Assembly: GCA_002269645.1 (NCBI GenBank)
Contig: NIVC01003239.1
Coordinates: 45,470 to 109,469, forward strand
Source of the DNA: Macrostomum lignano
Lineage: Eukaryota
Direction of reading: 5' to 3'
Length of the DNA: 64,000 bases
Of this stretch, positions 27,598 to 41,534 are shown piece after piece (positions within the stretch are counted from its first letter, which is position 1; the number at the start of each line of letters is the position of its first letter). The position numbers and the translations under genes were made by a program. The notes under the pieces are model-generated. The model had not been told where the DNA came from. It did not search any database and saw only the letters and a list, made by a program, of their open reading frames with translations.

Positions 27598-30378
27598 TGA
27601 GGTCAGAAGCTATATGCAGTTTATTGAAAACAAATTTTTTTACATTTTTATTGGCTCCCTGATGGGGGATGCTGATTGCTATTCAATAATATTTGTATGC
27701 ACTGTTAGATCAATAAGGTTGACAAAGTGCAAGGTAGAGTTAAAATTAGCATTGTTTAATAGTAGAGGTCATACAAGATTTCAATCTCAGCATTATTTGA
27801 GATTTAGACCTTTTTCTTGATCAAATCTTGATTTAAAAAGTGCCAAGAATCTAAGATACAAAAAAGTAAACTAAAACCCCTAGGCTAGATACCAATATAT
27901 TGAATAAAGTAAAAACATATATCTACTAGACACCAATATAAACACATTGACTTTTAACTGATTCAAACTAGTGCCAAAAATCCAATCCATTTTAGTATCA
28001 CCAATATTAAGGGATTTAGCCATACTTTGGAAAAATGGGCATATTCTAAAAACTTCTATACTTTTTTAACAAGTTTAAGGTTTTGCTATTTAACAGAAAT
28101 GTACAAAGTTTATTTTTATTTTCAAATATAAAATGTTGTATAAATACAACTGTTATTTTTATTTTTTAGCTTTGAATTATTTAAATTAAATATCTGAATT
28201 ACTATAGTCTAGCAGTAAAATTTCAAAATTGATAATGCAAAGTGGAAAAAATGAAGCTAAATATTTAATTCATATTTGGTATAAATTGGCATATACCAAA
28301 ATAGTTTTTTCTCTAGGGTACTTTGTCCTTGGTCCTTTGAACTATTGGGTTTATACAAGTTGCAAAATAATAAAGTCTAAAATCTTGAAGTCTCAATTGT
28401 ATTGCATTGTCAAACAATATTGAATCTTGAAACTCTCAAAAATTTTACTTTGTCAGATCCCTATTTAATATTTGGCTATAAATTGCCTACTATTCTAAGG
28501 ATATGCTGCTTAATGATTGGCAAGAGCTTAGAGCTTTGCAATACTAAAAAATAAAAAATAAAAAAGATAGAAATAATGGCATTAAGAAAATAAAATAGAA
28601 AAAGCAAAACTAAATAAGAAACTAAAGGAGAATAAAAATAATATACATAGTAAAAGGAACAAACTAAGTTACAAAAAACATCAGATAAGCTGTAAAACTA
28701 AGTTGCACAGATGCTAATATTATAATTTTAGAGGCTATATATATGGGTGCTAATAGAGATTCACTATAGATAATTTTGCCAAAGGTTAATTCAATATCAA
28801 TCTAGTCAAACTCAGTCACAATAAAGGAAGACCTGTGCATAATCTTATCAATTCTTTTAATATAATGATATTAGTCAATATACTAGCTAATTAGAGCTGG
28901 CTGCCAGCATCCAGAATAATTTTATTGCTCCCCCTTTAAGTGGGGCCCAGTGAGTTTTCTTATCAGTTGGCTCTGGTACAATAATTGAAATTGGCTGTGA
29001 AGTTTCTCCCTAATAAAATTTGCATTGAAAAAGCCCATTTTAAACAGTTTTTCAAATATTTAATCCTTTTAGCATTGAAGCAGATACAAGAAATTTTAAC
29101 CATCTTCTTTCCAGAGGATTTTGCATTTTTTGGCGAAAATATGATCAAAATCAGCCACGAATTGCAATCTGTAAAGTGTTATGGACAAATATACGAACCT
29201 TAAAAGATTTAGTATATTTAGATTTATTAAATTTTTCTTTTAGGCTTTTAATTGAGTTTGTTCTATCGATTATTTATCATGTACTTGATCCAAATGGCTA
29301 TCTAAGAAATGTGTTCTTTCTTGAAGGTCAGCATAAAAATTTATTTTGATTGAATGCATTTTTTCTATCAAAGGTCATGAGCTTTAGTATAAAGAGGTTT
29401 AGTTATATAGAGATTACTTCATTTCTTTCATACTTCTTTTGCTAAGCATTTGCTTTGCTAATAAGCATTCTAAAAAACTTTACATGTAATTTGCTTTAAC
29501 TTGTAAAGATTCCAAAAGTGCCAAAAGTGCATTCCAAAAGTGCATTTTCTGTCAAAATTGAAATTTGGTACTTTCCAAAATTAAAATTTTCCTTAATTGA
29601 AATTCAGAAAAACCTTTTTTAGTATGACTAACACTCACTTTTTCACTTTTGATTTACAGCTCATGCAAAACAAAAAATGTACTAATATATATAACATAAC
29701 TTCATATATTTTAGCCACTACATAAATTCCTCATTGCCATTGAATTCAAATACTTTTTTCTATAAAATCCAGTTATTCCTTGCTATTAGATAGAAGCATA
29801 CCTATAATGTGGTATAGTAAGGTACTAAATAATAGGATAAGGCAAGGACTATATAAAGAATAGACATTTAACTCTCTTTTCTATACATGACATTTTCTTT
29901 TGCTCTCAATTGCTTCTACATATATTATCACTTGATGTATGGTAATGTACACTAAATAGCAATAATTGCAATTGTGTAAACCATACATGCATCTTTGTAC
30001 TATAATATGAGCAAAATATGCAATATATTAGGCAAACACTTTTATAGCTCTTTCAAGTTTTGCAAAATTTACAAAAATTTACAGTTCCACAAACATGCTA
30101 TAAACATTTTTATCAAATTCATAATATTCATAAGACAGTAATAAAGTTCTAAGAATATAAAAATTACATGAAAAATTTCAGAACTAAACACTTAAATTTG
30201 TTTACATTAAATTTGCTATCAAAATTAATTGTTGCCAAATTTGCCTATATCCATGCCAATCTTGTGGAGGCCCTTTTGAGGAAAATTCCCATGCACAAAG
30301 GCTTTAAAAAAATCTGTGCCATCTACAGAGTGGCACATAGCCATTTTCATCAACATGTAGCTATGCATTTAGTGTGCA

Positions 30379-31042
30379 CCATAGTCAGGAAGGTGGCAGT
30401 TTGGTCGGAAAATTCCGGCGCACACAAGCCCTTTTTGGGCACACAACGGCGCACAACGGCGCACAGCGGCGCGCCACAACAGCGCACAGCGGCGCACTGG
30501 CGCACAGCGGCGCACAACGGCGCACACCAGAGGACACCGGCGCATGGCGGCGCGGCGCGGCGGGCGCCGCGCCACATGCAGCGTTACCCTTGTGGCGATC
30601 CCATGTAACGATGTAAGTCGTTACTTGTTACAGTACACTATTCACTGTTCTATCTAATGTAACACTGCATTCTACCAAAAAATAAAAAATAAAATAAAAT
30701 ATTTTCCTTTTCCTTTTTACCTTTGTTTTTGCCATTTGCTTACTTTTTATGTTTGTTTTGTTTTAAAAATTAGAAATTAAATTAAAAATTCTTTAAATTT
30801 CTATTTTCGGTTTAACGATCTCAATTTCTCATAATATAATATAGATAGCCCGTAACCGTCCCGTATATTGGCGCACAAAAATTGTTGCTATGTTGTAAAA
30901 AAAGGTCTTTTATTGTCGCAAGGCAGGTAGTGGCGGGCGCACAACGGCGCACACGAGGGTTTTTGTGTCGGCGCACGGCGCACAATTTTGGGAGAGGCCA
31001 AAATTTGTTCCGGCGCACACTCTGCCACCTTCCTGACTATGG
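30379..31042. mobile_element. 664-bp MITE with 21-bp perfect TIRs and 8-bp TSD (hAT- or P-like)
   Basis: TIR CCATAGTCAGGAAGGTGGCAG at 30379-30399 and inverted at 31022-31042. TSD AGTGTGCA at 30371-30378 and 31043-31050. GC-rich subterminal ggcgcacaac repeats on both sides. Confidence 0.93.
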
Positions 31043-31770
31043 AGTGTGCATAGCAAATTGCATGCTGCTATGCAATGCAAGATAATATAGCTTATATTTT
31101 TGTTTTGCTCTACAACATGGCAGCATAATTTAAAATTTAATTTAGAATATGCTAATTTAAAAAAATTAGCATATGGCGAAATCCAAAAACGTGGGATAAA
31201 ACGGTAAAACAAATCTGCGGACATTCGATGGAAAGTAATGTATCTAAAAAGGTTTTTGAAAGATAGATAGGTCTTTAGAAAATAGTTCTGGATAAAAACT
31301 ATTGTTTTCATGCTTTATATTGTTGAATAAATAAGAAAAAACCACAAAAAAGCATTTTGAAAGTCCGAGTTGACCGATTTGCAATTTTTTGTTTCACTTT
31401 TTTTCATTATTAAACAATTAATTTTAAGACTTGTAGGCCTTAGAGAAGGCTAATTTTTTTACTACTTACAAAACAGAAAGTAATCTGTGTTTTACTTTTT
31501 ATTCAATTCAAAAAGATGAAGTATTTCTAAGGATTTCAAAGTTTTTCTAAAACCATATAAACTCGCAAAAATTCATACTAATATAAAGTGCAAAGTTTGC
31601 CAGCAAACATCTTTTTCTAAAAGTAAATATATCGCTAATTCCTTGTTGCAAAATAATCTTTAAGTTGTTTTCTTTCATTTAAATATCAACTTGCATAGTA
31701 TTAGTATTTGTAATATGCCTATATTTAGACTTAAAAATTTTGGGTAAAAAATGGTACCACAAAATGTGAA

Positions 31771-32650
31771 CCCGGCATCCAAATCAGATGCTTACTGTAT
31801 GCTCATTAAGCGACGAAGAACAATGAAATTACACTAAAACATGTATCATCGCGGCGTGTATGCAGGAAAAAAAGAATTTTCCAAATCGCTTCAGTAGAAG
31901 CTGAGTAAAATGCAATTTTCCAATCCTTATGGGAATTCCAATGTGTTACCCGGCTTCCAAATCAGATGCTTACTGTATGCTTATTAAGCGACGAAGAACA
32001 ATGAAATTACACTAAAACATGTATCATCGCGGCGTGTATGCAGGAAAAAAAGAATTTTCCAAATCGCTTCAGTAGAAGCTGAGTAAAATGCAATTTTCCA
32101 ATCCTTATGGGAATTCCAATGTGTTACCCGGCTTCCAAATCAGATGCTTACTGTATGCTTATTAAGCGACGAAGAACAATGAAATTACACTAAAACATGT
32201 ATCATCGCGGCGTGTATGCAGGAAAAAAAGAATTTTCCAAATCGCTTTAGTAGAAGCTGAGTAAAATGCAATTTTCCGATCCTTATGGGAATTCCAATGT
32301 GTTACCCGGCTTCCAAATCAGATGCTTACTGTATGCTTATTAAGCGACGAAGAACAATGAAATTACACTAAAACATGTATCATCGCGGCGTGTATGCAGG
32401 AAAAAAAGAATTTTCCAAATCGCTTTAGTAGAAGCTGAGTAAAATGCAATTTTCCGATCCTTATGGGAATTCCAATGTGTTACCCGGCTTCCAAATCAGA
32501 TGCTTACTGTATGCTTATTAAGCGACGAAGAACAATGAAATTACACTAAAACATGTATCATCGCGGCGTGTATGCAGGAAAAAAAGAATTTTCCAAATCG
32601 CTTTAGTAGAAGCTGAGTAAAATGCAATTTTCCGATCCTTACGGGAATTT
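31771..32650. repeat. 178-bp tandem repeat, about 5 copies
   Basis: cccggc marker at 31771, 31949, 32127 and onward; copies nearly identical. Confidence 0.96.
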
Positions 32651-33826
32651 GTATGTTTAAATAATAAACTTACGTTGAATACAATTTATTGCAAACGAAC
32701 TCTACAAAATACACGTTGTCAAGAGTAACGAAAGTGATAAACAAATAAAACCTTAAAATAATGTTAAATATGTTGTAGAATTATAGAGTGTAACATTATA
32801 AGATAGTTAAAGTTAATAAAATACATTATTATAGCTTTTCAATCATTTTCATTAGACTCATTTTAGGTCGTAATTAAACTTACCGTTTTAACAAATCATT
32901 TTATTAAAAATAAAGCTATACGAAAATAATTTGTGCTTTAATAGACTTTTTTACTTTTTAAAAACTTGAATAAATTTATTTTATAGCTTTATTGCTTTCA
33001 AATTGCCAAAAAACGAATTTTCATAAAACTTGCCCCCGATTTTTGGATTTCCCCATATTCTTTTTTTATCAAGGTACAGAATATTGAAAAAAGCTAGGCC
33101 TATTTTTAATTTAGCCTTTAGGTGATAAATATATAGGCCTACATTGATTTACACAAACTTCATAAGATCATTTTGAATAGAATATGCAAACTTCAATATT
33201 TGTTGCCACTTCTGCCTGCATTACTTAGTCTTAGATTGGAATATATTATAAGCAGGTTTACATATCTACAGACTAGACTAGCCTACAGTACAGTGACAAT
33301 ACAAGGTCATTTGTGAAAAGATAGTCATAATGGTTGCTTAAAAGCTATATAAGCTTATAAACTATATAGTATATAATCTACTATAATCTATACTATATAA
33401 TCTATATAGCTATACAATGGGAAAAGCTATAATCTTTCATAATTGACTTCTTTGCAGCAGATACAACTTAGTTTTCGTATAGGCTAGATAGGCCTAATCG
33501 TAGCTTCGAATTAATATAACATATATAATAAGCCATCAAAGAATAGACAATTATCACTGCTCACCGTATCGATAATTTCGCCATAGTCGATGCAGCAATG
33601 TGTAATCAACGTGTAGCAATTAAGTTTCACCAGAAAACGGTGCGAATAATGCAGTCAGGCTCAAGAATGTTTTGTCTGAAAATGCGAAAATTGGAATTGC
33701 GCTTTTACTTACTCATAATTTAGTAATACATTAAAACAAATTATACAGGTATCGAGACTATCTAGTTCGTCACAACAAAATTCAAGTATTAAAACTATAC
33801 AATGCTATTTAAAAAGTTAAGGCTGA

Positions 33827-35133
33827 GCGCCGCCACGCCGTCAACTACCTCGCCATCACGCCGCTGACTCTGCGGTACGATAATCGCGGCTCCTCGTCGA
33901 TCTGCGACCTGCGTGTGCGCGATCCGCCCTACCTCCACCGAAGCGACTATCGCAGCGCTACTACTGTGCGCTCAATGACATCCAGGCGCGTCGCCATTTC
34001 GCTAGTGCTTTCGCCAGAGCTCTAGGTAGAGTTGCGGGCGCACAAAGGGCGCACACGGAGGCACACGGAGCACACGGAGGCACTTTACCTCCGAGCACGG
34101 AGCCGCGGTGGAGAAAGTAGTCTTGCTGATGCGACCGGCCCAACGTAGGCAGCCAGGCTGGCAAGAAGACCCTGTGATTCGGCAAGCGAGGGCAGAGCGC
34201 TCCGTCTGGGCAGGCGTCCAACTCGGAGGGAAGCTCTGGGCGGCTGTCTAAACCTATTCTATAGCTGCAGCGGCAACAGGCCGCTGTTAATGACGCCATC
34301 CAGGCCGTCACCGTAGCTAGAAACGACGCTAAAGCGCGCGCGGCCTTGTCTGCCATCAACGCTCTGACGGGGCGGAAGCGGCGCATTCCGCTCAATCTGG
34401 CTGGCGACACTGCCGATGGGAGCAGAAACGATCAGCTGTGCGAGTTCTTCACCGCCATCGTCAACACAACGCGCCTCCGCCCCCGATGTGAGGCTGCCGC
34501 CGGGGACGCCGCTGCTGGCAGAGGAGAACTTCAATGTAGTCCCTGACTTTGTGATGCTTGGGCGGCAAAGCTGCAGGTCCGGACGAGGTTCCCATTATTG
34601 ATGCGCTGCGACTCCACTGTATGCCAGCGAGGTCGCCAGTATATGATGAACCGCGTGCTTTTCGATGAGGTGGCGCCAACGAATGGCCCACGGCGCACAT
34701 CGTCGCTATTCCATAGAAGCCGGGCACCACACGGCTTGAGGAGCACCGAGGTATCTGCGGCCTGTCGTCCTTGCGCTATGAGTAGCTGTTCAACCGGATT
34801 CATTTACGCTAGTATATCGCGGTTGCAGCACGTGCTGGATCCGTATTTGAGGGAGGCCTGAGCAGCGCGGGTTCCGGCCCTAGTGCGACACAGTGGCGCA
34901 GATCCTGGCTCTTCGCCGAGTCATCGAGAAAGCGCGAACCGCCAGTCGAGCTTGATTGATCTCTTTATTGACTTCAGGAAGGCTTTTTAATTGAGCTCGG
35001 TCGTGAGGGCCGTGCTCCAATGGTGCTTCGTGCGTACAACGTGCCTGTGAAGCTGATTTCCGCCGTCATGTCGCAGTATCATGGCACGTGCGCTGCTGTG
35101 CTGACACTGGACGGCCTGTCGGATTCCTTTGAG
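33827..35133 (+). pseudogene. Decayed non-LTR retrotransposon fragment A (end of APE domain to mid-RT), RTE/RTEX-like
   Basis: Frameshifted peptides DLRVRDPPY, AINALTGRKRRIPLNLAGDT, QRGFRP..QILALRRVIEKAR..LFIDFRKAF and VLRAYNVPVKLISAV, homologous to copy B. Confidence 0.8.
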
Positions 35134-35319
35134 ACATCCTCTTGGGTGCCATTAGTTGCAGTCTATTTAAAGTTATTGTATTGTAGTATAGCGTTTAAAT
35201 AGCGCGGCCTCCTGGTACCGCCGCCAAGCATGCTAGCGGTGCGTTCCAAGACCTCAACGGAGAGTCGCGCTTCTGTTCCAGCTGACAAGAGCGGCACACC
35301 ATCCACATAAAGAACGGCG

Positions 35320-37660
35320 CCGTGAGCGAAATCGCCATGGTCGACTTGGCGGACGCGAGGGGACGCGAGCGACGGGCCGCAAAGACAGGCCCCTCCCCAC
35401 TTGTTGGTGCGGATCCGCTGGATGGCGCCACGGACCATGAGGTTCAAAATCACAGGACCCCAGCCGAACCAAAATGCGCACAACAACAGCTCAGAATTGC
35501 TACATGGAACTGCTGAACTCTGCGACCAAAATGGAGACACATCTTAGGGGACCTACAACTTAACATAATTATGCAGGAGCTCTCCATCACGGCCGAGCCT
35601 GGGCTACACCAGGAGCACTTAGGCGGCGGCTGGCTCCTGCAATACACATCAGCAGACTCGAAAGGACGGGGAGGAATTGGCGTTCTAACAGGGCCAAAGC
35701 TTCAGCAAAGTACACGTTTTGAAAGCCTGTAAGAGCTATTGCGCGTCGATACGGAGGCGTAACATGCGGCTCTTCTGTGCCTATGCGCCCACGGCTGCGC
35801 ACCCAGTTGAGCACCGGCAGTTTCTGGAGTTCCTGTCAGCACAGCTGGATAAGACCGCTCAACATGACACTTTACTGGGACTCGGAGACCTCAACGCCGT
35901 TATGCGAAGGTCCGAGCGCGCCCGCTTTGAAACGCCACGCGAAAACAACAATACTAATGCCCTAGTGGCTTTCATGGACCGCCACGATCTGTTCGCTGTT
36001 CAGGAAGCCGCTTCACAGATTGGAAACGTTTGCTGGATGTAAACGGCGACGTCGGAAAGCGTGTGGAAAATTGGTTAAAAAGCGACTCGCACAGCTTGAC
36101 CACGTGCTTCTTCGCAAGCGAGAACGACGACAAGTGACAAACTGCGACGCGGTGGCTCCGCTGGCAGTGCGGTCAGACCACAGGCTGCTCTCCTACGACC
36201 TGCGCCTGAGGGACCCGTTATATCGACCACCGAAAAAACAGCCAAAGCGCTACTTCCGCACCCTACGCTACACGGTTTCAAGTGGCCGCTTCTGCCTGGC
36301 CTTTGCCGAGGCGCTGGAAGGACGATCAGACACAACAACCCCAGCCGAGTACCTGAACATCAGTGCCGCCATCCAAGCCGCCGCTACCAAAACTCTGCCG
36401 GTGGTGATCGAAGCCAGTAGAAAAGAGTCGGCCAGTGTGGCAGGACGACGAAGTGCTGCGGCAGGCCCGGCTGACAGTGAAGAGACTGCAGAGGAGCGGT
36501 CAGCCTGTGGAGAAGGAAGAGGAGACTCTGATGGAGACATTTAAAGCCCGGCAAAGCGCCGCGTAGAGACCGCTATTCAGGAGTTTACAGACGTCGGTCC
36601 CGACAAGAAATCGTGTGCCGTCTGGTCGGTCGTCAATCAGCTGATAGGCTGCAAGAGACGCAACGCTCTGAACTTGGCGGGTGACACGCCCGAAGAGAGG
36701 TGAAACGAGCTGCGGACCTTCTTCTCTGGTATCGTCAACGCACCTCCGCCGCCGCAAAGGGATGACATGTCATTGCCCACGGAGACTGCGATGCCAGAGA
36801 GCTCCTTTAACACCAGCCCCATCACCATCGCGGCACAGCGCCGCATTTTGGAGAGGCCCGCATCTACCAGTCGACCATCATCTGCATCTTCGTGGACTTC
36901 CTGAAGGCCTTTGACTTGGTGTCGAGGCGGGTCATCACGAACATCCTGCGCGCGTACGAGTATCACGTACCTGAGCAGCTGGTGACGGCTGTGATGGCCC
37001 TGTACCAGAAGACTAGGGTGGCAGTTGTAACGCCTTTCTGAGTTTTTCGAAACGTCCTCCGGCGTTCTTTAAGGACACCTTGGCTCCATTTCTGTTCGTC
37101 CTGCTCCTGGACTGGGTACTGCGCACTGGCCTCTCTGACGACTCCAACGGATTTTTGCTCTGTCTCAGAACAAGCAGGCGACACCCCGAGAAGCGACTCT
37201 CCGTCCTTGCGTACGCGGATGACCTAGCGCTGCTAGGCAGTCATACGAGCGTATAAACCGTCCTCCTTTACAATGCTAAAATGTGCCCACTGACCGGCCC
37301 GCAAAAGCGGCAACTCTACACCGCTCACGTTGGACTTCTACGAGCCGCTCTCGGTGTCCACTACTCGCCGACCGCCACCACCAACACCAGCAATGATGAG
37401 CTAACCGTCGGGCCCAGCTCTCCCGACCTAGCCAGCTGCTGCGCATCCGGCGCCTACAGCTGACTGGCCACGTCATCCGAGCAGAGAAGTACTGCCCTGA
37501 ACCACTGCAGGATGTGCTGCTGCTATCCCTTCAAGGGCCGTTGTGGCTTGGTCAGGGTCAGGCGAGAAGTCTGCGTTTTGTCGACCTGCTTTTAAGAGAC
37601 GCTGAGACTTTTGATCTGAGCCCCATTCTAGTCGAAAAAACGATTTCGAGAGCCATGCAG
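35320..37660 (+). mobile_element. Decayed non-LTR retrotransposon B (APE endonuclease + reverse transcriptase), RTE/RTEX-like
   Basis: APE motifs LRIATWN, RLFCAYAPT, GLGDLNA, QLDHVL and VRSDHRLL. RT motifs IFVDFLKAFD, TLAPFLFVLLLDWVL and RRHPEKRLSVLAYADDLALL. Many stops, frameshifts and internal deletions. Confidence 0.88.
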
Positions 37661-38255
37661 TGAGCCAGTTCACACGGGTTGGTTGCGTCGGATTATAGCT
37701 TAATCCCCTGATTAGCTGATTTCCACCTTCCAAATTCTCCACGAAAATTGTGCCCGAAAAATATACCGATGTTGTTGTGCGATTCACACCCTTAAAAGCC
37801 AACCTCGAAGGCCCAGTGAAGTGTACATGCCTATCGATAAATACAGATAGGGCCGCTGTACACTCCTGTGTGTGTGCCTGTGTGTATGACTGCGTATGTA
37901 TCCGCGCACTATAGTGAACCTGCTTAGGGGAATAGGTGGAATGGGCAGTAATGCCTCTCGCCGGTTGTGTGACAATGTCGCCTAAAGTGCACCAGAGTCC
38001 CCACAGCCCCCCTGCCACTACAAAAACATGCCTGATGATTAGAAATCCTGGGTCGCTATACACTCTGTGTGAGCGTTTGTATGAGTGCATTTTCGCACTT
38101 GTATGTTGCTCATGAGTCAGCAGGATTGTCTCAGATCAGCGCTAGTTGGGGACGATGTCACCGAAGGTGTTGCACCAGGGTGCCCATAAGCCTCCAACAA
38201 GAGATTCTGTTTCTACTTTAATAATTATTATAATGCCATATCAACGTTTCCATTT

Positions 38256-39003
38256 AATTTAAATTTATTTGCATCTACATGTAGATCAGCTACTCCGAAC
38301 GTGATGATGATGAATTTCACGTCAACAAATAATTTAAATTTATTTGCATCTACATGTAGATCAGCTACTCCGAACGTGGTGATGATGAATTTCACGTCAA
38401 CAAATAATTTAAATTTATTTGCATCTACATGTAGATCAGCTACTCTGAACGTGATGATGATGAATTTCACGTCAACAAATAATTTAAATTTATTTGCATC
38501 TACATGTAGATCAGCTACTCCGAACGTGATGATGATGAATTTCACGTCAACAAATAATTTAAATTTATTTGCATCTACATGTAGATCAGCTACTCTGAAC
38601 GTGATGATGATGAATTTCACGTCAACAAAAAATTTAAATTTATTTGCATCTACATGTAGATCAGCTACTCCGAACGTGATGATGATGAATTTCACGTCAA
38701 CAAATAATTTAAATTTATTTGCATCTACATGTAGATCAGCTACTCTGAACGTGATGATGATGAATTTCACGTCAACAAATAATTTAAATTTATTTGCATC
38801 TACATGTAGATCAGCTACTCTGAACGTGATGATGATGAATTTCACGTCAACAAAAAATTTAAATTTATTTGCATCTACATGTAGATCAGCTACTCCGAAC
38901 TTGATGATGATGAATTTCACGTCAACAAATAATTTAAATTTATTTGCATCTACATGTAGATCAGCTACTCCGAACGTGATGATGAAGAATTTCACGTCAA
39001 CAA
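38256..39003. repeat. 75-bp tandem repeat, about 10 copies, palindrome-rich
   Basis: gtagatcagc marker spaced 75 bp apart; each unit contains ATCTACATGTAGAT. Confidence 0.96.
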
Positions 39004-41534
39004 AATACTAGAACAGTTGCAAGACAAATGGAGGCAATTTTGAGCTTGAAATACAGACATCATAATGTATCTGATACCTATGCGCATTAACTCGGTGTTA
39101 GCTACAAATAAAGCAACTAATAAAGCGAACTTCTATTTAGTGAGTCTAGAACTCAGCAATATGGTTATGGAATCAGGCAAAACACAAGGGATATGGCAGA
39201 TAATTATAAAAACATTGCTATCAGTGCATTACAATGTTGACGCGTGGTTTTAATAAGGATCCAACATGCAGACATCGTGCTGATTAGCATTGGGCGTAGC
39301 TGAAATTCACGCGTTAAGTAAGCCAGCAAAACTGCCTATCAGACAAGTGGTTCACTAAAATACAATTTTTATTAGTGCGTATTAATTTTCAATAACTATA
39401 TTTTAAAGCGGTAGTTTATGAAAGTTAACTGCATAATTAACCATAGATAATATAATTATGAATCTTGAATAAGCAATTATATTGGCGTGATCAGGCAGCA
39501 TACGAGCTACAGGTGCGATGGCATTTCATAAATTGACAAAAAGACTACAATGGAACATATTTCTACGATATTCATAATTCGTCTAGAATATTATGCACAA
39601 TATTAACATCCATTATTTCTATAACGGAACTTGTTAGAATTCAGAAAACAGCTAGCTACGGCACCCGGCATTGGGGTGAGAGATCGACATTCATGAGGTG
39701 GGTTTGCTGAAATTTGACAAAACTATATGAGGCATCAAGGTTTGAATGGATGCTTTTATTTTGAAAATATCAACTTCCTATTTTTAGCCGGATTGAATAG
39801 ATAGTTTTCATAATTTACTAAGAATTGGAAAAGTTTCAGAGCAAGATATATAGCTACACAAAGCACTGTAAAGTTTATAAGTTTGTCTCAGTTTTACACA
39901 GTAATTAAAGTCCAATAAGACAAAATATAAAAAATATACTGTAGATCACTATATGACAACGAACATATTATAATTTTGAGAAAGCGGGTCAAAAATGTGA
40001 ACGAAACGAAATGCACGTGAGACAGTGATAATCTCGGTACGTGATACAGCTAAATGCATATAATGAGCCATCTACATGTATATTGATAAAGCGATGTGGC
40101 ATTGAGCCCGACACCCCACACCAAATTCACTGCAACAACGTCAGCGTTCAATCAGTAGATATCAGAACAACTGTGACCACTAGGGAACACTTACGCGTAG
40201 TTACCAAAAAGTAGACATTTAGTAATTACGCTCGTATATCACTGTCTGGACCGCGATGAGCGAAATTCAACATAAAAATAGCAAATGAAATTCCTATGCA
40301 GCTTATAAAAACTTATTTTACAATTTCTAAGCCAATTTGAGAGCATAAAGCGCACGGAGAGAATCGCCTAATTAAACTGTGGAATGAAAGCTAAAAAACG
40401 GGATTATAGAATCATTAAAAAATTGTTTAAATTTTGTATTTAATTACGACAACTAGTTTTAACAAACAGAAAACTAATATTTTTGCAGACTTTAAACAGT
40501 CAATCAGCCTTTCCGACAATAAATGGTAAAAGAGTTGAAGTCGGTTCTGCACCTCCAGAGAGCAAGACAAAAGGAACTGTGTAAGTAAACATAAAATTTT
40601 GAACAAACCTAAACGACAAAAATATAATTATAGTTTTGTCAATGCAGTGGCAATTTGAAAATGAACTATGAAAACGCAAAAAGCCTATATAGACTGATTT
40701 GACTCGATCAGGTGTCAAATTGAATTTGTATCAGGATGTATCCAAAACAATTAATTTTTAAGATAGAAAAAATTCAATAACAGCTTATCAAAGCTAACTA
40801 TGCTTATCGCGGCCCTCACGTGCATCACATAAAACCGTAAAGCGAACGGATAAAAAAATAATCATAGCCACATCAATAACTCGAAAAATTTGCGTATGAG
40901 AAACAGCTAAATATGGCTAAAAATGGGAAATTTTCTTAAAAATACATACTATAGTAGATAAGCTTTTTAAAGCTATTAAAAACATCTAAAATGAAATTTA
41001 TCAAATTTATTTAGAACAGAAATCTGGTGTCACAATTTAGCAATGTATTGGCGTGAAAGACGACAGTGCAAAATCCAATCAATGTTCCGGCAAATCCCGC
41101 GTTTGCAGCTACGAGCGCACGACGACTACTAGTAGTAGCCAATTTCCAAAATAATTGCCCCGCTTTGAACGAGTAGCTTTCATACTAATGTAACACAATC
41201 TCTAAAAGTAAAAACATTTTTACTTGCAGTAGAACTTTAGCAGGCATCTTAGTTGTACCTGACATGCTTGCCAATGAGCTCTACAATCGTGTTAAAAATC
41301 GCATAACATTTCGGTAGTTTAACCAGCAGTAAAAGGAACTCAAACAATAATTTAGGCTTTGCCGCTTCGTAAGAGTTCCTGTTTAATGAATTTTATGAGA
41401 TTTGCTCAGGTACTTGGAGCACACTACTAATAAAAATGTTTTAATGACGATTAAGCATGAATGGAAGGGGAGTAAGACGGATCTAATCGAAGTGCGAGCA
41501 GTGAAATAACAACAAACCCGCCACTATCAATCCA

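Noticed and set aside
27600-30370. Short ORFs in AT-rich DNA (also at 22.7-24 kb, 39-41 kb and 49.4-53 kb)
   Set aside because: 60-90 aa, low complexity, no splice-consistent partners or motifs; consistent with chance.
32876-32900. Strong minus-strand donor (AAAACG|GTAAGT) as antizyme exon 1
   Set aside because: The phase fits, but the nearby ATG is out of frame and hits TAA at once; there is no in-frame ATG.
38228-39011. ORFs open on both strands across the 75-bp array
   Set aside because: A unit length divisible by 3 with a stop-free frame is expected by chance; there is no unique coding flank.
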